From Thiobacillaceae bacterium (GTDB lineage Bacteria; Pseudomonadota; Gammaproteobacteria; Burkholderiales; Thiobacillaceae), in assembly GCA_041736375.1 (NCBI GenBank), contig JBGSTQ010000423.1, forward strand, positions 1 through 52,579: a stretch of 52,579 nt of DNA, read 5' to 3'. Of this stretch, positions 51,428 through 52,579 are shown one piece after another. The notes beneath the pieces were generated by a model. That model was not told the DNA's origin and made no database searches. It saw only the letters and a list, made by a program, of their open reading frames with translations. The translations under genes and the position numbers were made by a program. Numbering within the stretch: position 1 is the stretch's first letter; each line of letters begins with the position of its first letter.

Positions 51428-51955
51428 GAGGGGCCAGCGGCTCAGCTCCTGATAGTGCGCCCCTTCAGAGCGCAAGCTGGAAGTGACCAGCACGAAATCC
51501 CGCGTCGACCAGAGTATCGGCTCCGACGCGGGATTTTCCTTGGTGCAATCCGCATTCCTGAGCAAAGTCACGTGGGGAACGTAGGGTCGCCGATCGAACA
51601 CCACCCCCGCCTGATCCAAGCCTGCTTCCAGCTGTCGAACCAGTTCCATCAAGGCATCGGGTACTTGGCTGGCCCCGAGATGGGCGATGTGGTTGCGACG
51701 CCAGCAGGCGACGCGGTCGAAGTCGATGTCACAAACCGGCGTCCTCACCTTCGAGGCTAATTCGAGCAACTCCGGCAGGCGTACAACTTCCACATCGCCA
51801 ATGAACACCAGGGTCAGATGCAGGGTGTCCGCACGCATACGCCGACCCCCAAGCGTTTCATGGAGTCGTCCGGCCAGGGCCGATAGCTGCGCCCGTAGCG
51901 GCGGGGCAGGCCACAGGGCGAAGAAAACCCTCAGCTTGTCGCTTGCCGCGGTCAC
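51422..51955 (-). CDS. thpR: RNA 2',3'-cyclic phosphodiesterase
   Basis: RVFFALWP; two HxT motifs (HLTL, HVTL); GTGA overlap with ispF. Confidence 0.92.
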   Translation of the reverse strand: MTAASDKLRVFFALWPAPPLRAQLSALAGRLHETLGGRRMRADTLHLTLVFIGDVEVVRLPELLELASKVRTPVCDIDFDRVACWRRNHIAHLGASQVPDALMELVRQLEAGLDQAGVVFDRRPYVPHVTLLRNADCTKENPASEPILWSTRDFVLVTSSLRSEGAHYQELSRWPLL

Positions 51956-52431
51956 TTGGCCATGAGCAGGCAAACCGCCTCGGCGGCGATGCCCTCGCCT
52001 CTGCCGGTAAAGCCCAGTTGCTCGGTGGTGGTCGCCTTGACGTTGATCCGCTCGGCAGCCAGGTTCAGGTCGGCGGCGATATGCTCCCGCATGCTGTCAA
52101 TATGGGGCGCCATCCTGGGGGCCTGGGCGATGATGGTGGCATCCAGGTTGCCCACGCGCCAGCCTGCTCCATCCAGGAGTTCCGCCACATGGCGCAGCAA
52201 TTTACGGCTATCGATGCCCTTGAAGCGCGGGTCCGAATCTGGGAAATGGTGGCCAATGTCCCCCAGACCCGCGGCGCCCAGCAGGGCATCGCAGATGGCA
52301 TGCAACAACACGTCCGCGTCGGAATGACCGAGCAGGCCGCGTTCATGGGGGATGTCCACCCCGCCGATGATGAGGCGCCGTCCCTCGGCGAAGGCGTGGA
52401 CGTCGAAACCGTGGCCGATACGCATAGTCAT
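51952..52431 (-). CDS. ispF: 2-C-methyl-D-erythritol 2,4-cyclodiphosphate synthase
   Basis: [30 protein letters not shown]. Confidence 0.98.
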   Translation of the reverse strand: MTMRIGHGFDVHAFAEGRRLIIGGVDIPHERGLLGHSDADVLLHAICDALLGAAGLGDIGHHFPDSDPRFKGIDSRKLLRHVAELLDGAGWRVGNLDATIIAQAPRMAPHIDSMREHIAADLNLAAERINVKATTTEQLGFTGRGEGIAAEAVCLLMAK

Positions 52432-52579
52432 GGCAATTCCAGTGTCATGGTTTGATGGGAAATCCCCGCATCCGGATATTCGTCGCCCTGGGCCAGGAAT
52501 CCGAAACGGGCATAGAAGGCTCTAGCATGGGTCTGGGCCGACAGGACAACCTCGGTCAAGCCGCGCTCGCGGGCCGCCT
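52428..52579 (-). CDS. GNAT acetyltransferase (ElaA/YjcF-like), C-terminal part
   Basis: ...[33 protein letters not shown]; stop overlaps the ispF start. Confidence 0.85.
   Translation of the reverse strand, partial: AARERGLTEVVLSAQTHARAFYARFGFLAQGDEYPDAGISHQTMTLELP

Overview
Bases ~44,865-52,579 are betaproteobacterial-type core chromosome (guaA, guaB, a lipoprotein, rnfH, ratA, smpB, mnmH, a host-attachment family gene, thpR, ispF and a partial GNAT gene). Bases 1-~44,876 are the guaA-proximal part of a large integrative element; its other end lies outside the window. The backbone has a P4-type integrase and AlpA excisionase, a type IV coupling protein and a divergent, apparently membrane-anchored HD (MOBH-like) relaxase. 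It also has plasmid functions: a Rep_3 initiator, an iteron origin, a ParM/ParR-like partition pair, an SSB-like protein, and DUF3150 and VWA genes. Cargo is mostly defence: a complete SPARTA system (TIR-APAZ plus short Argonaute), a divergent four-gene Wadjet-like SMC system, a type I R-M operon with a frameshifted hsdS, and two uncharacterised candidate defence genes. There is also a group II intron, a MITE and an IS481 end. The most notable non-coding signals are: (i) degenerate palindromic sites clustered between cargo genes, two of them hit by the intron and the MITE at equivalent positions; (ii) a backbone intergenic repeat split exactly by the SPARTA cassette at a duplicated TTTAT; (iii) three 39-bp-period palindromes inside yhcG. 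All calls come from motif recognition by eye; no searches were run.
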